Positions 40,294 through 49,391 of a DNA stretch of 64,000 nucleotides are shown here, piece by piece. The stretch is from assembly GCA_944376845.1 (NCBI GenBank), contig CALWDZ010000002.1, positions 44,233 through 108,232 on the forward strand, read 5' to 3'. Below the pieces are notes generated by a model. The model made no database searches, had not been told where the DNA came from, and saw only the letters and a list, made by a program, of their open reading frames with translations. Made by a program: the position numbers and the translations under genes. The DNA is from an uncultured Clostridia bacterium (lineage in GTDB: Bacteria; Bacillota; Clostridia; Christensenellales; UBA1242). Positions within the stretch are counted from its first letter, which is position 1. The number at the start of each line of letters is the position of its first letter.

Positions 40294-42426
40294 TCAATTC
40301 TTTATAAGCGACAAAATATAATCAAAATATCTTTCTTCAACTCCACCCAAACTTAAACTTTGTGATTTCATAGTCAAATATTTTTGTTGATCACGCATAA
40401 CTTCACTTAACCTATAAAATCTTATGCTATCAAGAGTTGCCACAGGCGAAATTGTTGTAATTGGTTTTTGAAATGATATTTCAACCAAAATGTTTAATAT
40501 CTTATTTTCACAAACCATTGACATAAATTGTACTTCACCTTCTTTCACATTTGGTACAAAGTCATATTTTTTTAAATGATTAACAAACTCTCCACCATTT
40601 ACTATAGTCCCATAAAAATTGCTAACAGACATACTTGCCCGATTGAAATCTCGAACATCAATTTTACTTTGACGAAATTGTTCAAACAATGCATTAGGAA
40701 GTTTTAAATCCACTTTTTCGAATCTGTCATCTAAATCAAGCGTATGTACTAAACTTATAACTACATCTCCGCCTTCCTGCCTATTTCCATAAATATATAC
40801 AATTTCTTGACCTTTTACTAGAAATATTGAATAAAGTTTATTTTGCTTATATTCTCCAAAAACAAGTCTATTGGCAAATTTATTAAAAATGGAATGATGT
40901 ATAAATAGTTTTGAAAACAAATCACGCGTATAAGTCCTATGCGAGATAAAATTTAGATGTAAACGACTTATCTCTTTTTGGACTTCTTCATCGGTAAGTG
41001 TTTGAGGCAAAATCAAATCTTTAACTTCTTCAACCTGTTGTTTATTCTGCGTTGCAAATATTTCAATGTATTCTTCAATATTTTCTTTAAAGTTTTTAAA
41101 CTGACTAAGTCTGTTAAACATTTGAATAAATGCTGGTTTTTCACTATACATAAGGCACAATGTCAAATACCTACCTTCTTTGTTCCTGTTAAGTCTATAG
41201 AGTACAAACAAAAATTCATAAATTTTTCTTTCAAAAAGACCTTCTGATAATAGCGAGAACATTCTGACGCACCATTTACTGGCAAGAATATCTTGAGTTT
41301 GACTATGTTTATCAAACAATTTTTCAGCAAAATTATTTAAACTTTCTTTATTGAAAACATCATAAAGTGATTTTAAACTTGCAAGATTTAATAGATTTTT
41401 TTCTTGCTTAAAAACTTCAATTAAAAAGGTTTTTTCAGTTGCGTTTGCTTGTTTGCCACTTTTAAATTCTAAAGGCAAATTCTCAAATGCTATACCAAGA
41501 ATCCTCTCTTGAGGCTGTGCAACTTTCTTTCTTGCAAGGACACCAAAATGCGCTTCACTTCCAAAACTTAAGGTTTCACTTATACCTAACCTTTTTGATA
41601 GGTATTCTTTTATCTGTGTATCATTTTCGCTATCATATAATTTTTCAAGCCTGCTTTCAACTTCTACATTGTTCTTTATAGCGGAAAGTACCTTTATATA
41701 ATGAAAACGCGATTCCTTTTCATTAGGTAAATATTTATCAAAAAATGCCAAAGTATCGTTAATATACTTTTTTAAGAAGTATTCAGCATTTTCTTCACTT
41801 ACATTTTTATGTGATAGGTCATTAAAAATGATGCTTATACCTTTTTGTGTATCAAAATTTAAAATCAATGTCAAATACATCAACTCATATTGGCTATTGT
41901 TTAAAATATAATCACCTAGTTGATCTTCATGTTCACGCATATAATTTTGCATGTATTCCATTGCAATATCATGCCAATAATAAATTTTGTTTTTTTCTTC
42001 AAATATGGCACAAAGCACTAGTGGCATATAAAGTTCTACTGACAAATTCCCCACTTCAACAACTTCTATAAACCTATCAAAAAGTCTTTCCTTTATATTA
42101 TAATCTTTTCCCCTACTTACATATGATGCTCCATTTATATGACCAGCATATAACTTGGATATAAATTCCATTACTTCATAATATCTATGTGCATACAAAA
42201 ATATAGTGACATAATTTACCACCGCTGATGTATAATCATTTAACTGAAAAACCAATTCTCCAAGTTCACCAACAAGTTTTATATCATCAGTTATATTACT
42301 GTGATTTGCTATGTATTCAAGGTCTGCGTCTGGCATTTTATCAAGCATAGGTGTCTCAGAAATATCATATGACAGAACAGATTTTGTTTTATTTACAAGT
42401 TGAGAATATTCTCTTAGTACTTCCAT
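40294..42426 (-). CDS. Large helical protein with degenerate DUF4132-like C-terminal region
   Basis: SRLHLNFISHRTY...HHSIFNKFANRLVFG and ISLVHTLDL...LFEQF resemble DUF4132 RLE.AM...R.W / HP...LVW / HP..L...PF.Q. Confidence 0.5.
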   Translation of the reverse strand: MEVLREYSQLVNKTKSVLSYDISETPMLDKMPDADLEYIANHSNITDDIKLVGELGELVFQLNDYTSAVVNYVTIFLYAHRYYEVMEFISKLYAGHINGASYVSRGKDYNIKERLFDRFIEVVEVGNLSVELYMPLVLCAIFEEKNKIYYWHDIAMEYMQNYMREHEDQLGDYILNNSQYELMYLTLILNFDTQKGISIIFNDLSHKNVSEENAEYFLKKYINDTLAFFDKYLPNEKESRFHYIKVLSAIKNNVEVESRLEKLYDSENDTQIKEYLSKRLGISETLSFGSEAHFGVLARKKVAQPQERILGIAFENLPLEFKSGKQANATEKTFLIEVFKQEKNLLNLASLKSLYDVFNKESLNNFAEKLFDKHSQTQDILASKWCVRMFSLLSEGLFERKIYEFLFVLYRLNRNKEGRYLTLCLMYSEKPAFIQMFNRLSQFKNFKENIEEYIEIFATQNKQQVEEVKDLILPQTLTDEEVQKEISRLHLNFISHRTYTRDLFSKLFIHHSIFNKFANRLVFGEYKQNKLYSIFLVKGQEIVYIYGNRQEGGDVVISLVHTLDLDDRFEKVDLKLPNALFEQFRQSKIDVRDFNRASMSVSNFYGTIVNGGEFVNHLKKYDFVPNVKEGEVQFMSMVCENKILNILVEISFQKPITTISPVATLDSIRFYRLSEVMRDQQKYLTMKSQSLSLGGVEERYFDYILSLIKN

Positions 42427-42481
42427 AAATTTCTCCGTTTATATTTTAGCAAAAATTTATAAAAAGTACAAACACTTTATT

Positions 42482-42841
42482 TCATTTAACAGTGAATAAA
42501 TATTTTAATTTATCTTTGTATTCACCAAAGTATATCTTCCTGCCATAGAATTCCTTTTTGAGCATATCATTTGCAAAACTTTCATCAATGAGATCACATA
42601 TAATTTTATCATAATAATTTGTATTTAAAAATTTATCTAATTGTTTAGAGTTAAAGAATTGCGCTTCAAGTGGGAAATAGTCAAATAGATAATTTAACTT
42701 TGGAGCATATTCACATCCCCCCATAAAAAGAGTCTTTGCTTCGCCATTTTGTGTATAGCAAAAACATATGTTTGAGATTTCATAAGGAATTGGATCATCT
42801 TCTACTATACTTAAAAGCCAAAATACAAACTCTTCAATCAT
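42482..42841 (-). CDS. Hypothetical acidic protein (119 aa)
   Basis: ATG at 42841 overlaps upstream TGA (ATGA); AAGGGG RBS. Confidence 0.7.
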   Translation of the reverse strand: MIEEFVFWLLSIVEDDPIPYEISNICFCYTQNGEAKTLFMGGCEYAPKLNYLFDYFPLEAQFFNSKQLDKFLNTNYYDKIICDLIDESFANDMLKKEFYGRKIYFGEYKDKLKYLFTVK

Positions 42842-43344
42842 ATTAAATTCCCCCTTATACAAACAGCAACAATAGTACAAAGTATGCTCAAAAATAAGAA
42901 GAAAAGTGCATAGTTAAAATAACTAAATTTTATACTAACTAATTTTGCTACTGAAATTACTTCTCTGGCTAAATCAAGGTCCATTTCATCGATGTTATAG
43001 TTAGGTGGAAGATTGTATTCCTTTTTTATCTTTTTTGCATACCCTATATCAGTGTAATTACTGATAGTCCTATAACTCATAAGATTTTTGTTTTCAATGT
43101 GAGTATCTTTCTTAGGCAATTTTACATTTCTTGAAAGAAGAGCAACAAAGGAATAGATTATTGAAATAAGTGCAAGCATAATTGTTGCACTTGCTAAAAT
43201 ATTTATCAATTTATTATCAGAAAAATAAATACTTGCAAAAGCAATGACGGCTGATGCGATTGTCATTGTAATACTGTGCTTTGTTTCTGCATATTTAAGA
43301 TTTTCAAATAATGTTTGATAAATGTATTTAAGTGTTTGTTTCAT
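42838..43344 (-). CDS. Pycsar-effector-like (DUF5706/PycTM) membrane protein
   Basis: LKYAETK + 2 TM + soluble loop + DLAREVISVAKLVSIKFSYF + TM, the PycTM pattern (ADxK...Q...S.I...K); start 43344 or 43380. Confidence 0.7.
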   Translation of the reverse strand: MKQTLKYIYQTLFENLKYAETKHSITMTIASAVIAFASIYFSDNKLINILASATIMLALISIIYSFVALLSRNVKLPKKDTHIENKNLMSYRTISNYTDIGYAKKIKKEYNLPPNYNIDEMDLDLAREVISVAKLVSIKFSYFNYALFFLFLSILCTIVAVCIRGNLI

Positions 43345-43363
43345 GCTTGTATTTTGTGCATTT

Positions 43364-44200
43364 TTACTTAAATATTTCACCTACTTTTGTTGTCGGTCCA
43401 TATTTTAATGCAAAATTATTAAGAGTTATTTCAGATATTATTTTCATTTTTTTATCTTCTAGTAAAACATAAAAAACATTAAATTTAAATTTCGACATTT
43501 TTGCCATTATTTTATAAATAGGTTCATCACCAAATACCAATGTAAATTTAATTTGATTTCCTTTTTTATAAACATTTTTTCTATCAGAATATAAGCTTAA
43601 ATATCCATAGGAAGTTGACTTTTGTGGCTCCAAAATTCCCAAGAATAAAAATACGCACATTATTAAAATATTTGTATTTATTACACCAAAAAATAATCCT
43701 GAAATAAAAGTTAAAATAAACACTAAACAAATCAACAAATTAAATGTAACTGTCACTTTAATTGCCAATTTTCTATCATATTTTTTTGTTATTATTCCTG
43801 CAAGCACTCTGCCCCCATCAAGAGGATAACAAGGAAGTAAATTAAAAACAAACATTACTATATTTGCATAACAAAATTGTTTAGTATATATTTGTGAAAC
43901 TGGAAAAATCCACCAAAGTGCAATAGTCACAATAGAAAGCAAAAGATTTACTAAAGGTCCGCTTATTGCAATTAAAATCTCATCTTTAGGTAAAAAATTA
44001 TTAGTTTTATAGTTCAAACAAACACCATAAGGCATAAGAAGTAATTTGTCTAATTTATAGCCTAATTTTAGAGCGGTATAACTATGAGCGAATTCGTGAA
44101 GTGAAACAACCAAAATATAGACAAGCACACCTTCAAATTGCCCCATTATAAGCAAAAAAATAAGATATAATACAAAAAGTGGATGTAATTTGTATTTCAT
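43364..44200 (-). CDS. spoIVFB: M50 site-2 protease, SpoIVFB-like
   Basis: LHPLF start, HEFAH, SGPLVN, FNLLPCYPLDGGR; downstream of minD. Confidence 0.8.
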   Translation of the reverse strand: MKYKLHPLFVLYLIFLLIMGQFEGVLVYILVVSLHEFAHSYTALKLGYKLDKLLLMPYGVCLNYKTNNFLPKDEILIAISGPLVNLLLSIVTIALWWIFPVSQIYTKQFCYANIVMFVFNLLPCYPLDGGRVLAGIITKKYDRKLAIKVTVTFNLLICLVFILTFISGLFFGVINTNILIMCVFLFLGILEPQKSTSYGYLSLYSDRKNVYKKGNQIKFTLVFGDEPIYKIMAKMSKFKFNVFYVLLEDKKMKIISEITLNNFALKYGPTTKVGEIFK

Positions 44201-44376
44201 ATTAGCACCACTTTTAATATATTATAAACATTAACACAAACATAAAACATAGCAACAAAAATAGCCAAACTTAAACACTTTGACCAAAAAACTTCTGCGT
44301 TTATTTTATGCCTATAAACTATTGGATAAACAGATTCGGCATCTGTTATTTGTATATCCTTGCCAAAGTTTTCCAC
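44197..44376 (-). CDS. 59-aa single-TM protein in the spoIVFA position (not in ORF track)
   Basis: GTG start, VENFGKDIQ...FWSKCLSLAIFVAMFYVCVNVYNILKVVLI; stop overlaps spoIVFB ATG (ATGA); no clear RBS. Confidence 0.45.
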   Translation of the reverse strand: MENFGKDIQITDAESVYPIVYRHKINAEVFWSKCLSLAIFVAMFYVCVNVYNILKVVLI

Positions 44377-44396
44377 GATATATTGTATTTTTATTT

Positions 44397-44636
44397 TTAA
44401 ACAGTTAGAACACCTATTGATTTAACTCGTTTTGCTGTTACATGTGCATTAAACTCAATTCCATCGTCTGTGATGTCTGCTGTAATAACCACATTAGGTT
44501 CATCCATATAACATTCACATACATTTTTAAAGTCGCTTGATAGCACTTCGCAAAGTTTTTCTGGACTGTTTTCTTTGTCATCCACCAAAACACGTTTTAA
44601 TCTATTTTCTCCTATTTGAGCAATAGTAACTTTCAA
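44397..44636 (-). CDS. minE: MinE-like cell division topological specificity factor
   Basis: TTG start just after the minD stop with AGGAAGG RBS; GENRLKRVLVDDK matches MinE RLK.VL..DR. Confidence 0.7.
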   Translation of the reverse strand: MKVTIAQIGENRLKRVLVDDKENSPEKLCEVLSSDFKNVCECYMDEPNVVITADITDDGIEFNAHVTAKRVKSIGVLTV

Positions 44637-44637
44637 A

Positions 44638-45426
44638 TTACACCTTCCTTTTAATATTTCTCCTAAAAGAGCCAAATAATCCTCGATACTTTTGTTTACA
44701 ATCATATACTTTTTGAGTACCATTATGTAAATTTTCTGCAAGCAACATCCATGCTCTATTTGATTCCCTACCACCCAAAGCACCAATGCTTGAAAGTGCT
44801 GTTATATCGTCGTCTTCTGGAATGACGCCAAGCACCGGAATATGCAAAAATCTTATAATTTCATCAACGTCAATCATTTCGCCATTCATCATAAGATCGC
44901 CCCTTACACGATTAACAACTAAATATTTTTGATTTAAATTATATGTAGCAAGTATTGAAAGCACCTTATCAGCATCTCTTATGCTTGATATGTGTGGTGT
45001 GACCACAACCACTGCCTCACTTGCACAAGAAACTGCACGCTTAAACCCTTGCTCCACCCCGGCAGGACAATCTATAAATATATAATCAAAACTGTTTTCT
45101 AGGCTTTTTACAACGCTCTGTATATCGCTTGCCGACACTTCTTCCCCGCGATAAGAATGTGCTGAAGGAAGAATATATAGGTTTTCAAAATTCTTGTCCT
45201 GAACAAGTGCTTGACTTGCACGGCATCTGCTTTCAATAACATCTATTATGTCAAAAACCACCTTGTTTTCTATCCCCATCACAACATCAAGATTATTCAA
45301 TCCTATGTCTACGTCTAAAATGCAAACTCTAAATCCTAAATTTGATAAAGTGGCTCCAAGATTAGCACAAACCGTGGTTTTACCCACTCCTCCTTTGCCA
45401 CTCGTAAACACTATTTTCCTTGCCAT
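44638..45426 (-). CDS. minD: Septum site-determining ATPase MinD
   Basis: SGKGGVGKTT, GLNNLDVVMG, IDCPAG, C-terminal amphipathic helix. Confidence 0.95.
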   Translation of the reverse strand: MARKIVFTSGKGGVGKTTVCANLGATLSNLGFRVCILDVDIGLNNLDVVMGIENKVVFDIIDVIESRCRASQALVQDKNFENLYILPSAHSYRGEEVSASDIQSVVKSLENSFDYIFIDCPAGVEQGFKRAVSCASEAVVVVTPHISSIRDADKVLSILATYNLNQKYLVVNRVRGDLMMNGEMIDVDEIIRFLHIPVLGVIPEDDDITALSSIGALGGRESNRAWMLLAENLHNGTQKVYDCKQKYRGLFGSFRRNIKRKV

Positions 45427-45515
45427 TTTAACCTCAAATTTAGTTTAATAAGTATATAAAAAAAAGCAAAGGAACATTTTGTACATTTATGTCCCTTTTG
45501 TGCTATTTTTGCATT

Positions 45516-46520
45516 TCAATTTTGAGCAACTTGATCTAACAAAGTTGAATTATTTACAAGTTTAATAAGTCCGTTCAAAGTCGCTTCACTGCTTTCATCG
45601 CTAATAAGTACATTGATTTTAAGGCGAGTTCTTAAATATTTTTCAAGGCCAACCATCTTTGAATATCCGCCTGTTATCGTTATACCATTTCTTGTAACAT
45701 CTCCTGCAAGATCAGAAGGAAGAGTTGATATAGTCGCTTCTATTACACGCACCAATTCATCTAAGAAAAACGATGTTGCTTCATAAATGTCGTGTGCTGA
45801 AATAACGACAGTATCCACTAAATTTGTACCATTATTTATACATGAAACTTCTTCTGTTGAAGTATCACTTTCATACAAACTACCAATACTTTCCTTGAGA
45901 TGCTGTGCAGTTTTTAAGCCTATTGTTACACCATATTTCTTTTGAATGTATTCCACAATAGAACTATCAAGTGTTCTTCCACCAAGTGCAAGTGTAGAAC
46001 CACAAACTATATGATTTAAATTTATAACTGCACAATCTATTGTACCACCCCCGATGTCTACTATCATTTTGGCACTATTAGCACTGATGTTTATATTTTC
46101 ACCTATTGCTGCAGAAATCACACTTGGAATTAAAATTATATCTTTTATTTTTACAGAATTACAAAGGTCAATGTATTTTTGTTTTACATCATCAGTTAAA
46201 CCGACCGGTATTAAAAGTACAAGTTTAATAGGATTAAACAAACTTGGTTTAATTTGAACGCTTTCAAAAAGTTGTTTAAGTAAAATTGTTGCATACTCTG
46301 GGCTGACTATCTCACCAAACCCTACAGGACTAAAAGTCATAACATTATCATAATTTTTACCTAAAAGTTTATACGACTCGTTTCCAACGCACTGTAAAAC
46401 ATATCCATCTTCTGCACGTTTGACAGAAACTAAATTGGCTTGTTTTAATATTAGCCCTTCATTTTGTTTAACTAAATTTACGTAACTACTACCAAAATCT
46501 AATCCTAAAATTGTTTGCAT
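45516..46520 (-). CDS. Divergent MreB/Mbl-family actin homolog
   Basis: GLDFGS, MIVDIGGGT, ITGG motifs; mreB position upstream of minD. Confidence 0.8.
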   Translation of the reverse strand: MQTILGLDFGSSYVNLVKQNEGLILKQANLVSVKRAEDGYVLQCVGNESYKLLGKNYDNVMTFSPVGFGEIVSPEYATILLKQLFESVQIKPSLFNPIKLVLLIPVGLTDDVKQKYIDLCNSVKIKDIILIPSVISAAIGENINISANSAKMIVDIGGGTIDCAVINLNHIVCGSTLALGGRTLDSSIVEYIQKKYGVTIGLKTAQHLKESIGSLYESDTSTEEVSCINNGTNLVDTVVISAHDIYEATSFFLDELVRVIEATISTLPSDLAGDVTRNGITITGGYSKMVGLEKYLRTRLKINVLISDESSEATLNGLIKLVNNSTLLDQVAQN

Positions 46521-46532
46521 TTTTTCCTCTCA

Positions 46533-47594
46533 TTAAGTCAAAGTAACTTCAACATCTATCTTTTCATTATTTCTTAAAATTTCAATCGTTACAACTTCTC
46601 CGCTTGACATTTGCATAAGTGCATATATAAGGTCATTTCGACAAGAAATATCAAAACTACTATTAGAAGCATTCATAGCGACAATAATATCGTCTACTTG
46701 TATTATGCCCTCTGAATTACCACTTACTTCTGTTACATGCAGACCGTCTTGTTGTATGATATCATAGTTATAAATATCACAAATTATACTATCAACTACA
46801 CTTACACCAAGCGATGGTAAAATATACTGCGTTCCATTGTTATCACACTCAACAATATCATCTAACACCAACAAAACAGGATAAATAGGTACTGCAAAAT
46901 ACATTTCATTCCCACTATTTGAGCCTAAAGTGTTTAAACCAATAAGATAACCATTCATATCAAACAAACCACCACCACTATTTCCATTGGAAATTGAAGC
47001 GGTATGCTGAATAAGGTTTTCATAAACATTTTGACTAAGTCCATTTGAAGCCGATGATAATGAATACCTATTAAGCCCACTTACATAACCGAATGTACAA
47101 GAATTTTGATATGCAAAATCAAGTGGTGTACCTATAGCGATTACTGGTTCCAAAATGCTTAATCTATTAGTATCAGAAATAACTCTATCAACTGCATTAA
47201 CATATGGAATATCGGTTTTTTCACAACGTAAAATAGCAACATCAAGATTAGAATTCGACCACAAAAGTTGTGATTCGTACCCTACATTTCCAACATTTAG
47301 ATAAATTTCTATTTTTAAGTTGTCATTTTGTAATACTCTATATATAACATGATAGTTTGTGACTATATAGCCGCCGTCACGAATACAAACTCCACTACCC
47401 ATATTTATTTGGCTTTCTGTTTGTCCGTCAACGACAAAAACTGTAACTACACTGTCTATGACTTCTTCTGCAACCTCTGATGGTGATTGAGTATACACTC
47501 CACTACCATCTTGCGAAGTTACTATATCTAAACATCCACTAAACATAAAAGCAGAAACCAAAAGCAATGATAGAGCGAACAATCTTTTTTTCAT
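46533..47594 (-). CDS. HtrA/S1C serine protease lipoprotein with PDZ
   Basis: Lipobox FSGC, TNYHV, DVAIL, GNSGG. Confidence 0.9.
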   Translation of the reverse strand: MKKRLFALSLLLVSAFMFSGCLDIVTSQDGSGVYTQSPSEVAEEVIDSVVTVFVVDGQTESQINMGSGVCIRDGGYIVTNYHVIYRVLQNDNLKIEIYLNVGNVGYESQLLWSNSNLDVAILRCEKTDIPYVNAVDRVISDTNRLSILEPVIAIGTPLDFAYQNSCTFGYVSGLNRYSLSSASNGLSQNVYENLIQHTASISNGNSGGGLFDMNGYLIGLNTLGSNSGNEMYFAVPIYPVLLVLDDIVECDNNGTQYILPSLGVSVVDSIICDIYNYDIIQQDGLHVTEVSGNSEGIIQVDDIIVAMNASNSSFDISCRNDLIYALMQMSSGEVVTIEILRNNEKIDVEVTLT

Positions 47595-47614
47595 ACTCTC
47601 TCCTTATTAAGAAT

Positions 47615-47638
47615 AAAAACTCATATCAGCGATATGAG
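47615..47638 (-). terminator. Terminator after the Ppx/GppA-like gene
   Basis: CTCATATC-AGC-GATATGAG plus U5 on the minus strand. Confidence 0.65.
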
Positions 47639-47640
47639 AT

Positions 47641-49131
47641 TTAAATTATTTGTAAATTCTTTTTAAGTATTTTCTTAAACACAGGGGCAAGTTTCATTGC
47701 CTGCCTTATATCAAAACTTGCATCATTTTTAACAATTGTTTTCATAATTATTGAATCGCCTAAAATATCGCAACTTATATCATAAACATTGCCACTTTTT
47801 GAACTATCAAGTTTGGAAGCAAGATTTATTATAATGCCAAGTTTTCTTACTGCATCAAGGTCATCTTCATTCAAAATATCTTTATATCTTACCCAATCAG
47901 ATAAAGAAAGATTATCTAAATTTTGACATTTACATGCAAAGCCAGCAAGTAATAGGTCTTTATGAGATACACCATTAAGTCTTGAATTTATTATAACATC
48001 AAAACTATATTTTGAATTGTTTTCAAAGTTGATGCGTTTGCCGCAATCATACATTGATGATGCTATTCTGAGTGGTTTTACATAGGCTCTTGGAAGTTTG
48101 TGCATAACTTTTAACTGCTTAAAAAGCACCAATGCTAAATTGTAAACATTCTGTGTGTTGCTATTTGGTGTATCATAAAATGTTCTTATGCTATCTAGGC
48201 TATATGCAAGCATATCGCTTAAAGGTTTATCGTTGGTTTCTGGGACTACATAACTATAGATAAGTCCTTCATCCAGTCCGCCTGAAGATATTGAAAAGTT
48301 TTGAATACCTAATGCTTCTACAATACCTTTTACAATTGCCATACCTGATACAAGATAATCTGCTCTATCTTCACTTACACCTTTAAGTTTTATAGTTTGG
48401 TCAAGATCCAAATCTTTAACCTTGTCAAAAACTGCATCAAAAACCTCTGTTGAAACAACATAGTTATTATCTATATCAAGTGGATAGTGTGCAACACGCT
48501 TTGCAAGTTTGCCAATACTTACCATAGTTTGTCCCGTACCGACGAACATTAAATCCTGGTCTGGCGAAATAAGCAATTCACTTGGATGATAATTTTGTTT
48601 TACTTTTTCAATTATTTCATTATATGGAACTTTATCATCAGCCAAACTTACAGCACCGAAAGATAGTGTTGCTATATTTAAGATAGTTCTTCTATTGTAA
48701 TGAATTACATGAGTGTTATTCGCTTCGACATCCACAATGACACCTTTTGGAACATCGATAAAATTGACTATACCATTATAAATGGCTTTGATTTCCTCAT
48801 CAAGTGTTAAGATTGAGAATGTGAATGATGTATTATTATAGATTTCATCAAAAAAGCTTTTCTGATTTTTGGCATCTTTTATAAAACTTGTTGAAACGCT
48901 AACTACTTTAGTGATGCCATTATTTTCACAAACCTTTCGAAACATCTTTAAAATATTTAATGTTTCAGTGATTTTTGCTGTAGAAACTAAACCTTCATTT
49001 ACAATTGTTTGACCAAGGCGGATATTTTCATCAATCCTATCAAAGACATTAAAATATCCTCCTGGTGCAACATTCATCATTACAAGTTTTAATTCAATCT
49101 CATTAAGTTCAATAAGTGCAACTTTTTCCAT
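47641..49131 (-). CDS. Ppx/GppA-family protein with HD-like C-domain, catalytic motifs degenerate
   Basis: IRLG, FGAVSL, GVSEDRAD, SSGGLDEG and overall length fit Ppx/GppA. Confidence 0.8.
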   Translation of the reverse strand: MEKVALIELNEIELKLVMMNVAPGGYFNVFDRIDENIRLGQTIVNEGLVSTAKITETLNILKMFRKVCENNGITKVVSVSTSFIKDAKNQKSFFDEIYNNTSFTFSILTLDEEIKAIYNGIVNFIDVPKGVIVDVEANNTHVIHYNRRTILNIATLSFGAVSLADDKVPYNEIIEKVKQNYHPSELLISPDQDLMFVGTGQTMVSIGKLAKRVAHYPLDIDNNYVVSTEVFDAVFDKVKDLDLDQTIKLKGVSEDRADYLVSGMAIVKGIVEALGIQNFSISSGGLDEGLIYSYVVPETNDKPLSDMLAYSLDSIRTFYDTPNSNTQNVYNLALVLFKQLKVMHKLPRAYVKPLRIASSMYDCGKRINFENNSKYSFDVIINSRLNGVSHKDLLLAGFACKCQNLDNLSLSDWVRYKDILNEDDLDAVRKLGIIINLASKLDSSKSGNVYDISCDILGDSIIMKTIVKNDASFDIRQAMKLAPVFKKILKKNLQII

Positions 49132-49152
49132 TTTTCCCTCTATTATAATTTA

Positions 49153-49320
49153 TTATCTTTCAATTTTAATTGCATTGACTGGACAAACTGCTTCACATGT
49201 TCCACATTTTATACAGATATTTGGATCAATCCATGCTTTACCGTCTTTAAAAGAGATAGCCTCAACTGGACACATATTTATGCAAGTGCCACAAGAAATA
49301 CATTTTTTTGGGTCAACCAT
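49153..49320 (-). CDS. 2[4Fe-4S] ferredoxin (55 aa; not in ORF track)
   Basis: MVDPKKCISCGTCINMCPVEAI...CIKCGTCEAVCPVNAIKIER; two CxxCxxCxxxCP motifs; AGGAG RBS. Confidence 0.93.
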   Translation of the reverse strand: MVDPKKCISCGTCINMCPVEAISFKDGKAWIDPNICIKCGTCEAVCPVNAIKIER

Positions 49321-49391
49321 ACAAAAAACTCCTTTTTCTTCATGCGGAATTTAGTTTAACATAATATTAATATTTTGTCCACTAGAAAAGA

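Noticed and set aside
44637-44786. 129-aa version of the minE ORF
   Set aside because: The extension overlaps minD by 150 nt; TTG at 44636 with an RBS gives a normal MinE length
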